Origin: Candidatus Latescibacterota bacterium
Lineage (GTDB): Bacteria; Latescibacterota; CBDEFO01
Assembly: GCA_965237525.1 (NCBI GenBank)
Contig: CBDEFO010000008.1
Location: 1,568,001 to 1,632,000, forward strand
Reading direction: 5' to 3'
DNA length: 64,000 nucleotides
Shown: positions 39,713 to 50,339 of the stretch, piece by piece
Layout: the number at the start of each line of letters is the position of its first letter
Position numbering within the stretch: the stretch's first letter is position 1
Notes under the pieces: model-generated
What the model was told of the DNA's origin: nothing
The model's input: the letters and a program-made list of their open reading frames with translations, nothing else
Databases searched by the model: none
Made by a program: the position numbers and the translations under genes

Positions 39713-42640
39713 TTAAAAATCCCATCCGAAGAAGAAGTCCCATTCAGTATTATTGTCCATGCTCTTGAAGTCCATCCTCCTTGAGCCGTCCAGACGCAGC
39801 ACGAAGAATCCGCCTATATTGAACCTTATGCCTGCGCCGAAGCTGCCCAGCATGTCGTCGAAGTCAAGACCCCTATCCCACGCGCTCCCCAGGTCCAAGA
39901 ACATGGCACCTCTTATCGCCTGAAAGCCCATACCGCCGATGGGAAGACCTATAAGTAGATTGTCCACCAGCGGAAAACGGAGTTCGTTATTTATAAGAAA
40001 GATGTTCCGTCCCCTGATAGAACCCCTATCATAGCCCCTAAATGTCCAACTTCCACCCATCGTGAATCGATGAGGATCGTCTCCGAACCTGTATCTTGTT
40101 ATAGCTCTGAACGCAAAGGCGGTCCTTTTAGAGAGCCTTTGATACTTCCGATAATCTGCAAGCAACATGGTGTGATAGAGATCCGAACCTTTAAGATCGA
40201 TAGTGTGAGTGATGCCGAAGTTGTACCTTTCTCCGTCCATCGGACCTGTCGGGCCCCACAGACTGTTGTCCTTTGTAAAGCCCACATAGTTTGTCATTAA
40301 AAGATTATCATCGTTTTTATCCTTGAAGAGGCGTCTTCTTTCAGATCTCCTCAATATGAAACTCGTCTCCAATCTTTCGAACTTTGAAAACGGATAGCTG
40401 AACGTTAGGAAGCCCCCAGTGCGTCTCTCACTGAACCTCCTGTCAAACGGGTTGAAAAGGCCCTGATCCAGACGGAAGATCCCCCACGCAACATTTGTCC
40501 GTCTTGCTAAGTCCAGACGTGTGAACGCAAAGCTGAAGCTTTCAAAGATGTCGGCGGCTCTGTCTGCTGTATTGAAGACCGAGATATAATACTGATGGTC
40601 CCCGAGTATGTCCGTAAGCGCTATCTGCACGCCTCCTGTAGGTCCAAATTCGGGATCCTGAACGATCTGGCTCTGAGCAAAGTCCAATGAAAGCTTCCTA
40701 TTGTACCTGGCTCTGCCTTTGACGTTTTCCTCCTGTATCCTTCCGAGCCTCCAGGAGTTGCCATAATCATCCGGGACAGTCTCTATTTCCTGCTCTATAT
40801 CCTCGTGGATATCTACGCTGTATATTTGAAAACTGTTGTTTTCATAGCCTGTAAAGACGAGGGTTTTTCCATCTGGCAGCCAGTCCGGATCCATAGCCCC
40901 TGTTAGGATATTTGTCATCCTCTTAACTTCCCTTGTTTTGGTCTTGCCTCTCGACTGAACATCGTAGAGCACGGATGATCCCTCGGTATCTGAAGTGGAA
41001 GCTAACTGTTCGGGACAAGGCTGGACTGTCAGCGTATAGATGTCGAAAGCCCCGTGGCGGTCTGAGGAAAACGCTATGTGCTCTCCGTTGGGTGACCAGG
41101 ACGGGGAGTAATCTTTATATTTACCCGAAGTAAGGGGTTCAATTGCGCCTGTTTTCAAATCGTAAATAGAAAGATTAGTAAATCCATCTTTTCCGTGCTG
41201 TCCTCTGTCGGAGACAAACGCGATCTTTCCCCCGTCAGGGCTCCAGTCGGGGTCCCTGTCGTTATAAATATCGTCGGTGAGCTGAGTCAGCGTGGTGTCC
41301 TTGGTATCGACGATGTAAAGATCGAAGATCCCACCTCTGTTCGCGCCTGACAAAACGATCCTCCTGCCATCGGGAGACCAGCACGGAGACGCCAGAGACA
41401 CAATAGAACGAAACGAGAGTTCTTTAAAGATTCTCGCTCTATTTATGTCCCAGATGTAGAGTACATCTCTGTCCTTGCTTTGAGATACAAATGCGAGCAG
41501 CCCCTCTTTGGAAACGGATATTTTACTGCTTAAAGGGTGAAATGACTCAAACTCAGCGGTGCGTCCGCCTTTCACAATCTTTTGTGCCTGATTTTGTCCA
41601 AAGTCCTTCTTATAGATGTTGGGATAGCCTGTCCGATTCGATATGAAGACGAAGTATGTTCCGCTCGAATCTCCTTCTGCCCTGGGAGCTACAGAGGGCT
41701 TGACACTTACACCACCTGATGTCAGCTTCTTCCCGACTCTGCTTACAGGATCGCTGTCTTTAATTTGAGGCAGATACTTCTTTTTTGTTTTATATTGCCA
41801 ATCGCTGTCCACCTTGCTCAATGGAACTCCTAAAGCGGACTGAAATATGTGGGGGAAATACTCGCTTTTCCACCAATTTTCAAATATGAGGCTGATCTTA
41901 TCGTCTCCGTACTCCCTCGCTACAAAATCCAGTATAGATTCACCCTCCTTATACATCTTGAAAGTCCCGTTTATCTCATACATACGGTTTATGGGGACCA
42001 GATTCTCTGAGAAGACGGCGTCCTTTATAATCATGTCAGCCTGGGAATCAACATCCCCCGACCAGTGCTCAGCTAGTCCTTCAGAGAACCATAGAGGCGG
42101 ACCGTGAAATCTGGATGCTCTGTGGTTCTTTAGAACCGTTCTGATCTTATCCATAGTAAAGACGTGAACCAGTTCGTGTCGGATGACTCTCCTGAAGTAA
42201 GCAAACGAACCGTTGTGCGGGAGGACCACTCTGCCTTTTATGAACTCTGTAAAGCCAGCTACTCCCTCAGGGAGGAGACCAGGAATAGTGTTGGTCATCT
42301 GAAAGTGTATGGGGGAACTGTAGAAGATCAGAGGTATTCTCCTTTGTACGGTGTGAGAAAATTTTCGCTCAAGAAAAATATAGCTTTCCTCCGCCATCAG
42401 AGCGCCTATCTCTGCGACTTCCACCTCCTCAGGATAGAAGTAGATATTGAAATGCTCTGTCCTCATGAGCCTCCAGTCGAACGTGGAGTATTGAACTTTG
42501 TTCTTGCCGAAATAGTAGAACTGGGCAAAAGATGCTTGGACAGAAAAGAGTAGACAGGAGAGGGTAGACAGGAGACAGGGCAACCCTGCCCATCCCCATG
42601 TTAGAAACAGTGAGATGATACGTGAGCGTTTTTTTGTCAT
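39713..42640 (-). CDS. Omp85/BamA-TamA family protein with N-terminal gluzincin peptidase (MA-like) and PD40/TolB-like beta-propeller
   Basis: FGKNKVQY, HELVH..WFSEGLAE, repeated P.WSPDG units, RGY barrel loop motif and terminal aromatic FFFGWDF. Confidence 0.9.
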   Translation of the reverse strand: MTKKRSRIISLFLTWGWAGLPCLLSTLSCLLFSVQASFAQFYYFGKNKVQYSTFDWRLMRTEHFNIYFYPEEVEVAEIGALMAEESYIFLERKFSHTVQRRIPLIFYSSPIHFQMTNTIPGLLPEGVAGFTEFIKGRVVLPHNGSFAYFRRVIRHELVHVFTMDKIRTVLKNHRASRFHGPPLWFSEGLAEHWSGDVDSQADMIIKDAVFSENLVPINRMYEINGTFKMYKEGESILDFVAREYGDDKISLIFENWWKSEYFPHIFQSALGVPLSKVDSDWQYKTKKKYLPQIKDSDPVSRVGKKLTSGGVSVKPSVAPRAEGDSSGTYFVFISNRTGYPNIYKKDFGQNQAQKIVKGGRTAEFESFHPLSSKISVSKEGLLAFVSQSKDRDVLYIWDINRARIFKELSFRSIVSLASPCWSPDGRRIVLSGANRGGIFDLYIVDTKDTTLTQLTDDIYNDRDPDWSPDGGKIAFVSDRGQHGKDGFTNLSIYDLKTGAIEPLTSGKYKDYSPSWSPNGEHIAFSSDRHGAFDIYTLTVQPCPEQLASTSDTEGSSVLYDVQSRGKTKTREVKRMTNILTGAMDPDWLPDGKTLVFTGYENNSFQIYSVDIHEDIEQEIETVPDDYGNSWRLGRIQEENVKGRARYNRKLSLDFAQSQIVQDPEFGPTGGVQIALTDILGDHQYYISVFNTADRAADIFESFSFAFTRLDLARRTNVAWGIFRLDQGLFNPFDRRFSERRTGGFLTFSYPFSKFERLETSFILRRSERRRLFKDKNDDNLLMTNYVGFTKDNSLWGPTGPMDGERYNFGITHTIDLKGSDLYHTMLLADYRKYQRLSKRTAFAFRAITRYRFGDDPHRFTMGGSWTFRGYDRGSIRGRNIFLINNELRFPLVDNLLIGLPIGGMGFQAIRGAMFLDLGSAWDRGLDFDDMLGSFGAGIRFNIGGFFVLRLDGSRRMDFKSMDNNTEWDFFFGWDF

Positions 42641-42700
42641 GGGTCGCTTATTTCATTAGTCGTTGCAAACTCAAAGCGCTCGGTCTAAAGACAGGTCATC

Positions 42701-43334
42701 TTAAAACACCTGAAAGATTTTGAGCAGTAGAATAATCACCAAAAGGATATTTCCTCCAACAAGTCCCATAAAGATTTTTGCTGTGTGATCATTTTGCTCT
42801 CTAACTTCGTTTAGAGAAATTTCAATATTTTTATACTTATTATCCGTTAAGGCTTCCAACTTCGTTTATCCGATGTCCTTAAACTTCTCATCCGTGAATG
42901 CTTCTAAATCAGTCTTGAGTTTATCCAGACTTGTGATCATTGTGCGCTCTCTAGACTTCGTTGAGAGATTTTTTCAACGTCACCCGTTATAGTCTTTGAA
43001 CTATTCGATCGATCTTGAGTTTATCCAGACTTTCTCTTGTATCTTCTAGATTCTTGAAGATTTTTTCAACGTCACCCTTTATAGTCTTTGAATATTCGAT
43101 GATTTTGGATAAGTCGCCTTGAATATCGTAATCACCTATCCTCTCAACAATCTGGGACCCTGCTTTGACAAACTCACCTGTTCTGGATATGATTTCCGAA
43201 CTTGTATCAATCACAGCATCAATTTTTGTTTGTGCTGAGTCCATTATATCTGCGGCGGATTTCATTCTTCCTAATTCTGTAGCAATGCTCTTTATTGTTT
43301 CTTCAGCTTCTAATACTTTATCAATGTCTGCCAT
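42701..43334 (-). pseudogene. Coiled-coil protein with a C-terminal TM anchor; sequence garbled at about 42870-43010
   Basis: AGGAGG RBS; start overlaps the helicase stop; tail IFMGLVGGNILLVIILLLKIFQVF* is recovered in another frame. Confidence 0.6.
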
Positions 43335-46300
43335 TGATTCGCCTCCTATTATATAGACTTTGATAGAATTCTGTTGCTGTAGTTGCCTTTAATGAATCAG
43401 CTGTGAGTAGAGTGAACATCATTACTAAGGTTAGTTTGTCATCAATCTGTTGATTTGTTCTTAAATATGTTCTAACAAAGTCAAGCTCACCGATTTTTCT
43501 CAGAATTATTTCTAAAACGGTTTTAACTATTCCTGACCTATATTGCTGAAGTTTATCCATAAGGATAATAAGGACTTCTACGCTCTCTGGTAGATCTTCA
43601 TATTGATCACGAATGTGATCTATCAGTGTTAGACATTCCTGATACACACTCTTGTCACTTTCATCACTTTGTGACCTAGCACAGCAGGAAAGGAACCTTA
43701 GTGCAAGATTGGAGGGATCTTCATCCAACATACGTCGTGTTGTTCCTACTAATCGCTTGGCTTGTTCTAGATCTTCTACTTGGCTGAGAATATTCTCTAT
43801 TGTGTCGAATCCTATGTTAGAAAATGGTTGATTAATCCAGGTGCGCAATATTGATGTGAACTCGGATTCTTGTAGATAAACCAGAATGCTATCGCGGAAT
43901 TGTTGGTCAGATTCAAAATCTCGACAGATTTCCGCCATCGTTCTAAGTGCTTGCTTGCGTTTCTCGGCAATTTCATCATAAACGAAATCTATCAATCGAT
44001 CTAAACAAATTTCTAGAGTTTGAGAGATGTTGTCAGTTGGAATCTCTGATGTATTCCGTTCTGAAAATTCTTTGAACTTATATTGCAAAAAGTAATCTTT
44101 AAGTTTTTCCCTTATGGATTTAGGTTCAATTTTTTTGGCCCTTACTTCAAGTAGTAGCGAATCGACTGAATATTCCTCTACGACACCAAGAAGAACCAGA
44201 CGGAAGATGGCCTTTTCCGTTTTCTTCTTGATAGAATCTTGTTCACAGCGAATAGTAACCGTGTTAGTTGCATTGACAGGCATTTCACTGACTTTAGGAT
44301 AGAGCATATCTGACCATATTTGAAAAGTATTTTGTTTTTCCTCATGACGATCCTGGTATGTATTGTATAATAGCCACAACGCCACTAACAGGTCGCCTTT
44401 ATCTTGCCGCGGAACCGCGTTAAGACGGTTCCTTGCCCGTGTATGATCTCTTTCTCGGATTATTTCATTAGCTATATCCCAGTTGTTGTCACTGTAAATC
44501 ACATAACAATGTGCTGATTGTGGGATACCATCCCTTCCCGCTCTTCCAGCTTCTTGATAAAATGCTTCTACAGACTGGGGAATATTGTAGTGAATTGTAT
44601 AACGAATATTAGGTTTATCAATACCCATCCCAAATGCATTGGTGGCTACAAGTTCTTGGATTCGATTGTATTTGAACTCCTTTTGAACGCGATTCTTATG
44701 CTCGCCCCACTCATCGTGACCAAATTTCGCGAGTTTTGGGTTTTTTCCTGAATAATAGTTTGTATGACCTAAAATGCTTGCAGTTTGTACAACACCAAGT
44801 CGACCCCCAGCGTGAGGACAAAAGATAATTCCAGAATTCGTGCTTTCGCCTCTGCATTGGAAAAAGGTTTGACGATTTCTAAGGAAATCGTCCGGCATTC
44901 TTCTCTTGATTATTTTGAGTCTGGTTTCTTTCTCCTTACTATCTACAGTCTCAACGTGGAAAACCAATTCTTGTCTATCAAAAGACCGTGGTAGTATTAT
45001 AGCTTCTTCGTCCTCAACCTTCAATTGCCTCTGTACATCCGTCAGCACTGCAAATGATGCCGTGCCCGTAAGTCCTACAAGTGTTGGGGAAAACCCATTT
45101 GGGGTCGTACAATATTTTTCAATATTTCTTCCCAAGTGTAGGTAAGATGTTCTAAAAGCGTGTCCCCATTCAGAAACGCAATGAACTTCACCAATGACCG
45201 CTAGTGATATTGGATACTGAGCGACTAAAGCTTGCAATCGCTTTCTGAATTCGTCCATTTGAAGTCTTTCTGGGGATACAAATACATAATAGTAATCACC
45301 ATTCTCAACTTTATCTAGTCCTATGTCTCGTTGATTAGGTTCGAGAGTGCTGGATATGAAACCGGCGCGATCAAATCCCATCAGGTTTAGGTTCTCCACT
45401 TGGTCGGTCATCAATGAAACAAGTGGATCAACGACAAGAGTCACACCAGGCGTCAACAAACCTGCGAATTGAAAAGTAAGTGATTTACCACCGCCGGTCG
45501 GTAAGAGAACTATAGCTGGTTTGCCCTGAAGAAGTCTACAAATCACACGTGCCTGACCATCCCAAAAATGGTGTTTTCTGAATATAGTGTGGAGGAAATA
45601 AGTGAGTGCCTTGAATTCTTCTTCTGGTACATTAGTTTCTTCATCTTGTGTTTGTTTAATCAGGGCTTCTTCTAAGCCTTCAAGATCAAATGTTAGCGGC
45701 GGTGACGAAAGCAGTTGGCGATATTCTCTCTGTATTGGCGCTGTTCTTATTCTGAAATATTGGTTTGCTTCGAAGCTACCTCCTAGTCTTTTCTCCAAGA
45801 GACCTTCTTGATTTGTAAAGAGGCCGAAGCTGTGTGAAATACAAAGATCATATTTATCATCGGGTGTCTTTTTTTGAGTGAGTTTTAGTTTAGAAGACTT
45901 TGGTAGAGGACATATTGGCTCACTACCTAATGTAATGTATATTCAGGCTAGGCGGTTCAGGAAGTTTGTGACAAATAGAATTCAAGTTGTCCCATAACTC
46001 ATATAATTGGTGTATAGCTTCAGAAACGGTTGCAACGTCTTCCTCAATAACAAGAACTTTTGCCTCACCATTTAAGGGGAACTGTCCAGACCGTATTGAT
46101 TGAATAATAGCTCTTAAAGTGCGGTGGACTATATGAGGATAAACGACCATGAGGAATGGAATAGAGTCCATTCTTTCTTCTAGATAAACACCATCCATTT
46201 CTCCAATTAAGTCTGAAGTGTTGTTGATCCAGGCCGTACGTTCTTCTATCCAACCTCCTGATTCACTTCTGATTTCTTCTGATGGAATTCTCAATACTTT

Positions 46301-47038
46301 CCATCCAGCTTTGTTAAGAATTTCATCTCTAACCTTGTCATGTTGTTGTATAGAAGCGTCGGATCTATGATCTTCCCCATCAATTTCTATTATAATTTTT
46401 CGGTTCTTCAGAAATAAAGAAAAATCAACTCGCTTACCTACTATCTCATTTCGGTCATATCCAATGAGATCACTAATTAGGGTTTGTCTGTGAAGGTTAC
46501 ACTGGATACCGTGCGAGATTTTCTCACCAACCAGTCTATAGAACTGGTCTTCTTCTTCGCTTGTGAGATCCTTCAATTCAAAGGGCAACTCTTCATTTTG
46601 TTTGTGTGTTTCAAGATCTGGACTGTAACTAATGTAGAAACAGGATTCTGCCTCTTGAATCATATCTTCGGCGCGGATCCTTGGCGGAACTCTCTTGATC
46701 CCTTTACCGACTAAACGACTATTTGTAGTCTCTTGTAAATCCGAAAACTCAAATTCACTTAACGCTTCTAGTTCAAGAAGTCTATCTTCGAATACTTTAT
46801 CACATATTGTCGGATTCCCACGTGCTACTATTTTATCCAAAACCGCTGTCAATGCACGTATCATTTCATTTTCTGTTTCATAAGGTTCTACACCTGGAAA
46901 CTCAATACTTGCTTTCGAATATCGCATCAGTAGCGGATCAAGTTTCGTAATAAAGGGTTCTTTAAGGTTTTTAAACCTATCGGGGGGTGTATCCCAGATG
47001 AAAAGTCTTGCTGACGCTGAAAGATTGATATAATTCAT
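43321..47038 (-). pseudogene. DUF559/Vsr-like endonuclease fused to a RecQ-family helicase (about 1240 aa), one frameshift near 45927
   Basis: RVDF..IEIDGEDH..HDKVRD..GWKVLRI; PTGGGKSLTFQ, SPERL, HCVSEWGH, TGTAS, ATNAFGMGIDKPNIR and QEAGRAGRDG. The shifted frame bridges the gap without stops. Confidence 0.85.
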
Positions 47039-47137
47039 CAGGATGTCTTTCTATCTCTGACTCTCATGTGCTCTGTAGCCGGGAGCTTAAAGCCTTCTTT
47101 GACCTCGAATATCTGCATAAAAACCTCCGATCTCCTC

Positions 47138-47911
47138 TCAAAGGGCAGACCAGCCGCCGTCTATAAAGAGAGTTTGACCCGTTATAAAGCTCGCTGCGTC
47201 CGAGGATAAAAAGACTGCGGCTCCTGCTATCTCCTCTGGCTTTGCCAAACGCCCCAGCGGTGTCTTGTCTATCAGTTCCTTGTACAGCCCAGGATTTTTC
47301 CTAAACCCTTCAGTCATATCCGTTTCGACATAACCCGGAGCTATTGCATTTACCCTGATATTGTGTTTTGCCCATTCTACAGCCAGGACTTTGGTAAGCT
47401 GAGATATGCCTCCCTTGCTGGAACAGTAAGCCGCAAGTCTGGGCAGCGCAACGTGCGCCCCGACTGAGGTGATATTGACGATAGAACCAAACTCTTGTTC
47501 GATCATCTGCTTTCCCACAATCCGACTGCACAAAAAGACGCCCTTGAGATTGACAGACAAAATGTGATCCCATTCCTCCTCTTCTACATTTTCTGTCCTT
47601 GTGTATATCGGACTTATTCCGGCGTTGTTCACAAGGATGTCTATCTTCCCGAGGGAGTGGAGCGTTTTTCCTACAGCGTCCTCCAGATCTTCGGCGGAAC
47701 TTACGTCACACATAAGCGGCAATGTCCTACGCCCTTTTTTTGCTATCTTTCTTGCGGTTTCTGCAATTTGCGATGTCCTGCTTAGAACAGCTACGTCAGC
47801 TCCCGCCTCGGCAAGAGAGGTAGCTATGGCTCTGCCTATCCCTCTGCTTGCTCCTGTTACAAGGGCGACTTTTTCCGACAGGTTGAACAAAGATTCAGCG
47901 GTATTCTTCAA
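47138..47911 (-). CDS. SDR family oxidoreductase (FabG/KduD-like)
   Basis: TGASRGIG, NNAG, YCSSKGG and NAIAPG. Confidence 0.92.
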   Translation of the reverse strand: MKNTAESLFNLSEKVALVTGASRGIGRAIATSLAEAGADVAVLSRTSQIAETARKIAKKGRRTLPLMCDVSSAEDLEDAVGKTLHSLGKIDILVNNAGISPIYTRTENVEEEEWDHILSVNLKGVFLCSRIVGKQMIEQEFGSIVNITSVGAHVALPRLAAYCSSKGGISQLTKVLAVEWAKHNIRVNAIAPGYVETDMTEGFRKNPGLYKELIDKTPLGRLAKPEEIAGAAVFLSSDAASFITGQTLFIDGGWSAL

Positions 47912-48130
47912 GTTTGACTCCTCTTAAAGATCAGGGAATCGAAAGCATAAGCTCGTAGGTGAGGGGCGACCCCGGCAGTTGCATAGGTCTTGGCTAAAGA
48001 TAATAAGAAATACAGCGGCGGTCAACAGTTATGTCGGTAGAAACAATTCAGCCCCGGACCGCTCAAGTTCCGGGCTTTCTTCTTTCCCCAAAAAGTTTCT
48101 TGTTACTTTTTGGGCTTATGATTTGAAGCG

Positions 48131-48892
48131 TTACTTTTGCTGTCGCTCTATGCGCTTTATCTGGTCTCTGATGAGGGCGGCTTTCTCAAACTTCTCCTCT
48201 TGTACGGCTTGCTGCAGTTCCCTCTCTAGTTGTTTCCTTGCACTGACAGGCTTGTTGGACAGGATGTCCTCCCGCCAGCTTTCCAGGAACTTTATCTCCT
48301 GACTGTCGTCTATTTGGTTGTCTCTGCCGTAGCTTTTGAAGAAATTTTCTATCTCTTTGATTCCATCTTCAATATGCTCTATTGCTCTGTCGAAATATCC
48401 CTTCTTAAGGCATATCAGTACGTCTGCTCTTATCCTGTGGCTTGTGACAAAAGGTCTGTAGTTTTCAAGGATAAGTCTGTACTCGTCGCTTTCGGCGTAG
48501 TCTCTCACAAAATCGAAGACCCTCAAATTTCGCTCGGCGTCTCTTTTTGCATTGTTGTATTCCTTTAGCTCAAAGAAACTGATCCTCCTTATGTAGTACT
48601 GCAAAGCTTCTGTCTCCAGGTGCACGAAGGCCCCCTCATCTAATTTAAATCCCTCGTCAGTTCCTTGCTCTTTTTTATGTTCCTCAAGCAAATATAGATA
48701 GTAATCGAAGAAGGACTCTTTGCCATGTGGCCGCCTGCCGTCCGGTCTTCCGTCTATCTGCATCTGCCAGATCCCCATGTCCACCCTGCGCTGAATTTTC
48801 TCCCGACCGTCGAAGTCTATTATCTTCCTGACGCACAGCTTTTGGGGATCAAATTCCCATCCTTGCATTATGGGAGTTATATCCTTGCTCAT
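48131..48892 (-). CDS. UvrB/UvrC-motif-containing protein
   Basis: C-terminal LQQAVQEEKFEKAALIRDQI; N-terminal GRPDGRRPHG; TPR-like middle. Confidence 0.8.
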   Translation of the reverse strand: MSKDITPIMQGWEFDPQKLCVRKIIDFDGREKIQRRVDMGIWQMQIDGRPDGRRPHGKESFFDYYLYLLEEHKKEQGTDEGFKLDEGAFVHLETEALQYYIRRISFFELKEYNNAKRDAERNLRVFDFVRDYAESDEYRLILENYRPFVTSHRIRADVLICLKKGYFDRAIEHIEDGIKEIENFFKSYGRDNQIDDSQEIKFLESWREDILSNKPVSARKQLERELQQAVQEEKFEKAALIRDQIKRIERQQK

Positions 48893-48937
48893 CTATTGCC
48901 CGTTGTTGTTGAAGACGCATTACGCATTATGACTTCC

Positions 48938-49180
48938 TTAATCGGTTGTCTCCATCAAGCCCATAGAAAGAAGCTCCTGTTCGAGTTGGGATACGCCTTC
49001 CTTGATCTGCGGAAGGATATCTGGCGCGAAGGTTACTCCTTTCTTTGTGGGTTTGAATTCTCCATCGTCATCCTGGTAATAAACGCGAATATCTCCATAG
49101 GTTTTCCCTCTGAACTCCACAATCGAAACCCTGATCTTCTCAGCAGAATTCTTGGAGAACTCCCGGACAGTCTTACCCAT
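48938..49180 (-). CDS. PC4/YdbC-family ssDNA-binding protein
   Basis: IRVSIVEFRGKTYGDIRVYY..KPTKKGVT; AAGGAG RBS. Confidence 0.88.
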   Translation of the reverse strand: MGKTVREFSKNSAEKIRVSIVEFRGKTYGDIRVYYQDDDGEFKPTKKGVTFAPDILPQIKEGVSQLEQELLSMGLMETTD

Positions 49181-49198
49181 ATAGATCCCATCTCCTTA

Positions 49199-49886
49199 TT
49201 AAGTGAACAGCAGATAGATAGTGTGCCTGAAGACTACAAGAGAGCTCCTTGTCTCGAGCTCGAGTTTGATATTATACCTCCAGATACATTCCATTCTCCC
49301 TCTTATCACTTCTCCTCCCCTGAGTAGTAGACGTACAGGCAATCCTGATCTCTTATGATGATCAAGGTCGCTTTCGTTGATGGAGTACATCTTTTCTGTT
49401 TCCTCCAGGGGACCCAAGTTCTGAGCTTTCACCACGTGATCTATCAAAGTTGCCTGCTTGACTTGATTCCTGTCCCTTGCCCTGTAGCAGTACTTTATAT
49501 CTTGTCTTTGGATCATGGATTTTTCCCCAGATACGTCTATTCCAAATTCATTAAGGAATCCCTACCTCTGTAATTATGCCCATTGCTGATCTCTCGTACA
49601 GCTCAAAGACCATGGGGATGCTTTTCTTCTCGGCTCTGAGAAAATATGACAGAGCCGGGCCCTCGTCCTGCTGGCGTATTTCCCAAAGCTTGCTCTTCGG
49701 GCTCTTCTTCTGCAGCTTGGGGTGACCTGAAACCCTTACATTCTCATCAGATTCGTCTCGTTGTGATAGTCTCGCAACGAGAATATCTAACTTCTCCTTC
49801 GTCATTCCCGACATCCAGTAGCCCAGCACCTTGTCATAGTGTTCTCCGTACAGCTCCTTGAGTTCCTTTTGAGTCCTTATCAACAT
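49199..49886 (-). CDS. Hfq/Sm-like protein, probably two tandem Sm domains split by a frameshift near 49560
   Basis: KRSGLPVRLLLRGGEVIRG..RYNIKL..LVVFRHTI resembles the Hfq Sm1/Sm2 motifs; a weaker upstream copy spans the junction. Confidence 0.55.
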
Positions 49887-49974
49887 AGATAGCCCTTTCC
49901 CAAAGCTAGCGGCGCGACGATCTAACAAGAAAAGACAGGGACACTGCCTCTTCTGTCTGCTTATTTTGGAGAGC

Positions 49975-50172
49975 TTACTTTCCCTTGCGTTGCGGTGAAA
50001 CGTAGGAACTGACTTCCTTTTTGTACCTTCTCACCTCATCTATCAAGGCGCGTCCTTGACGGGTTCTGGCTAAGGCCTCTTCGATTCCAGTTATCCCCTG
50101 ATCGGTTTTTTGTCTTTCCCTGTTTTTAGAGTTGCTAGACCTGTTTCCGCGCCTCTTCCCTCTCCTCTTCAT
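49975..50172 (-). CDS. Small basic hypothetical protein
   Basis: GGAGG RBS; Arg/Lys-rich; first gene of the co-oriented run. Confidence 0.55.
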   Translation of the reverse strand: MKRRGKRRGNRSSNSKNRERQKTDQGITGIEEALARTRQGRALIDEVRRYKKEVSSYVSPQRKGK

Positions 50173-50339
50173 ATGAACGGAGCGCCTCCATATAAAAACC
50201 TAAAATAAACCTGATTGTACAACTGTGTCCTTGACAAAAATTTAGTAAACTTCTATCTCTAAGTCAAGTACAAATCGCTTGCTCCTTGTCAAAATGCGTA
50301 GTGCTTCCCACAATATCGACAATAATTAGGCAACCTGGG

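Noticed and set aside
42780..43105. Roughly 100-bp imperfect tandem duplication as a biological repeat
   Set aside because: The extra copy is a mosaic of both neighbouring segments with scattered indels, typical of a poorly polished consensus.
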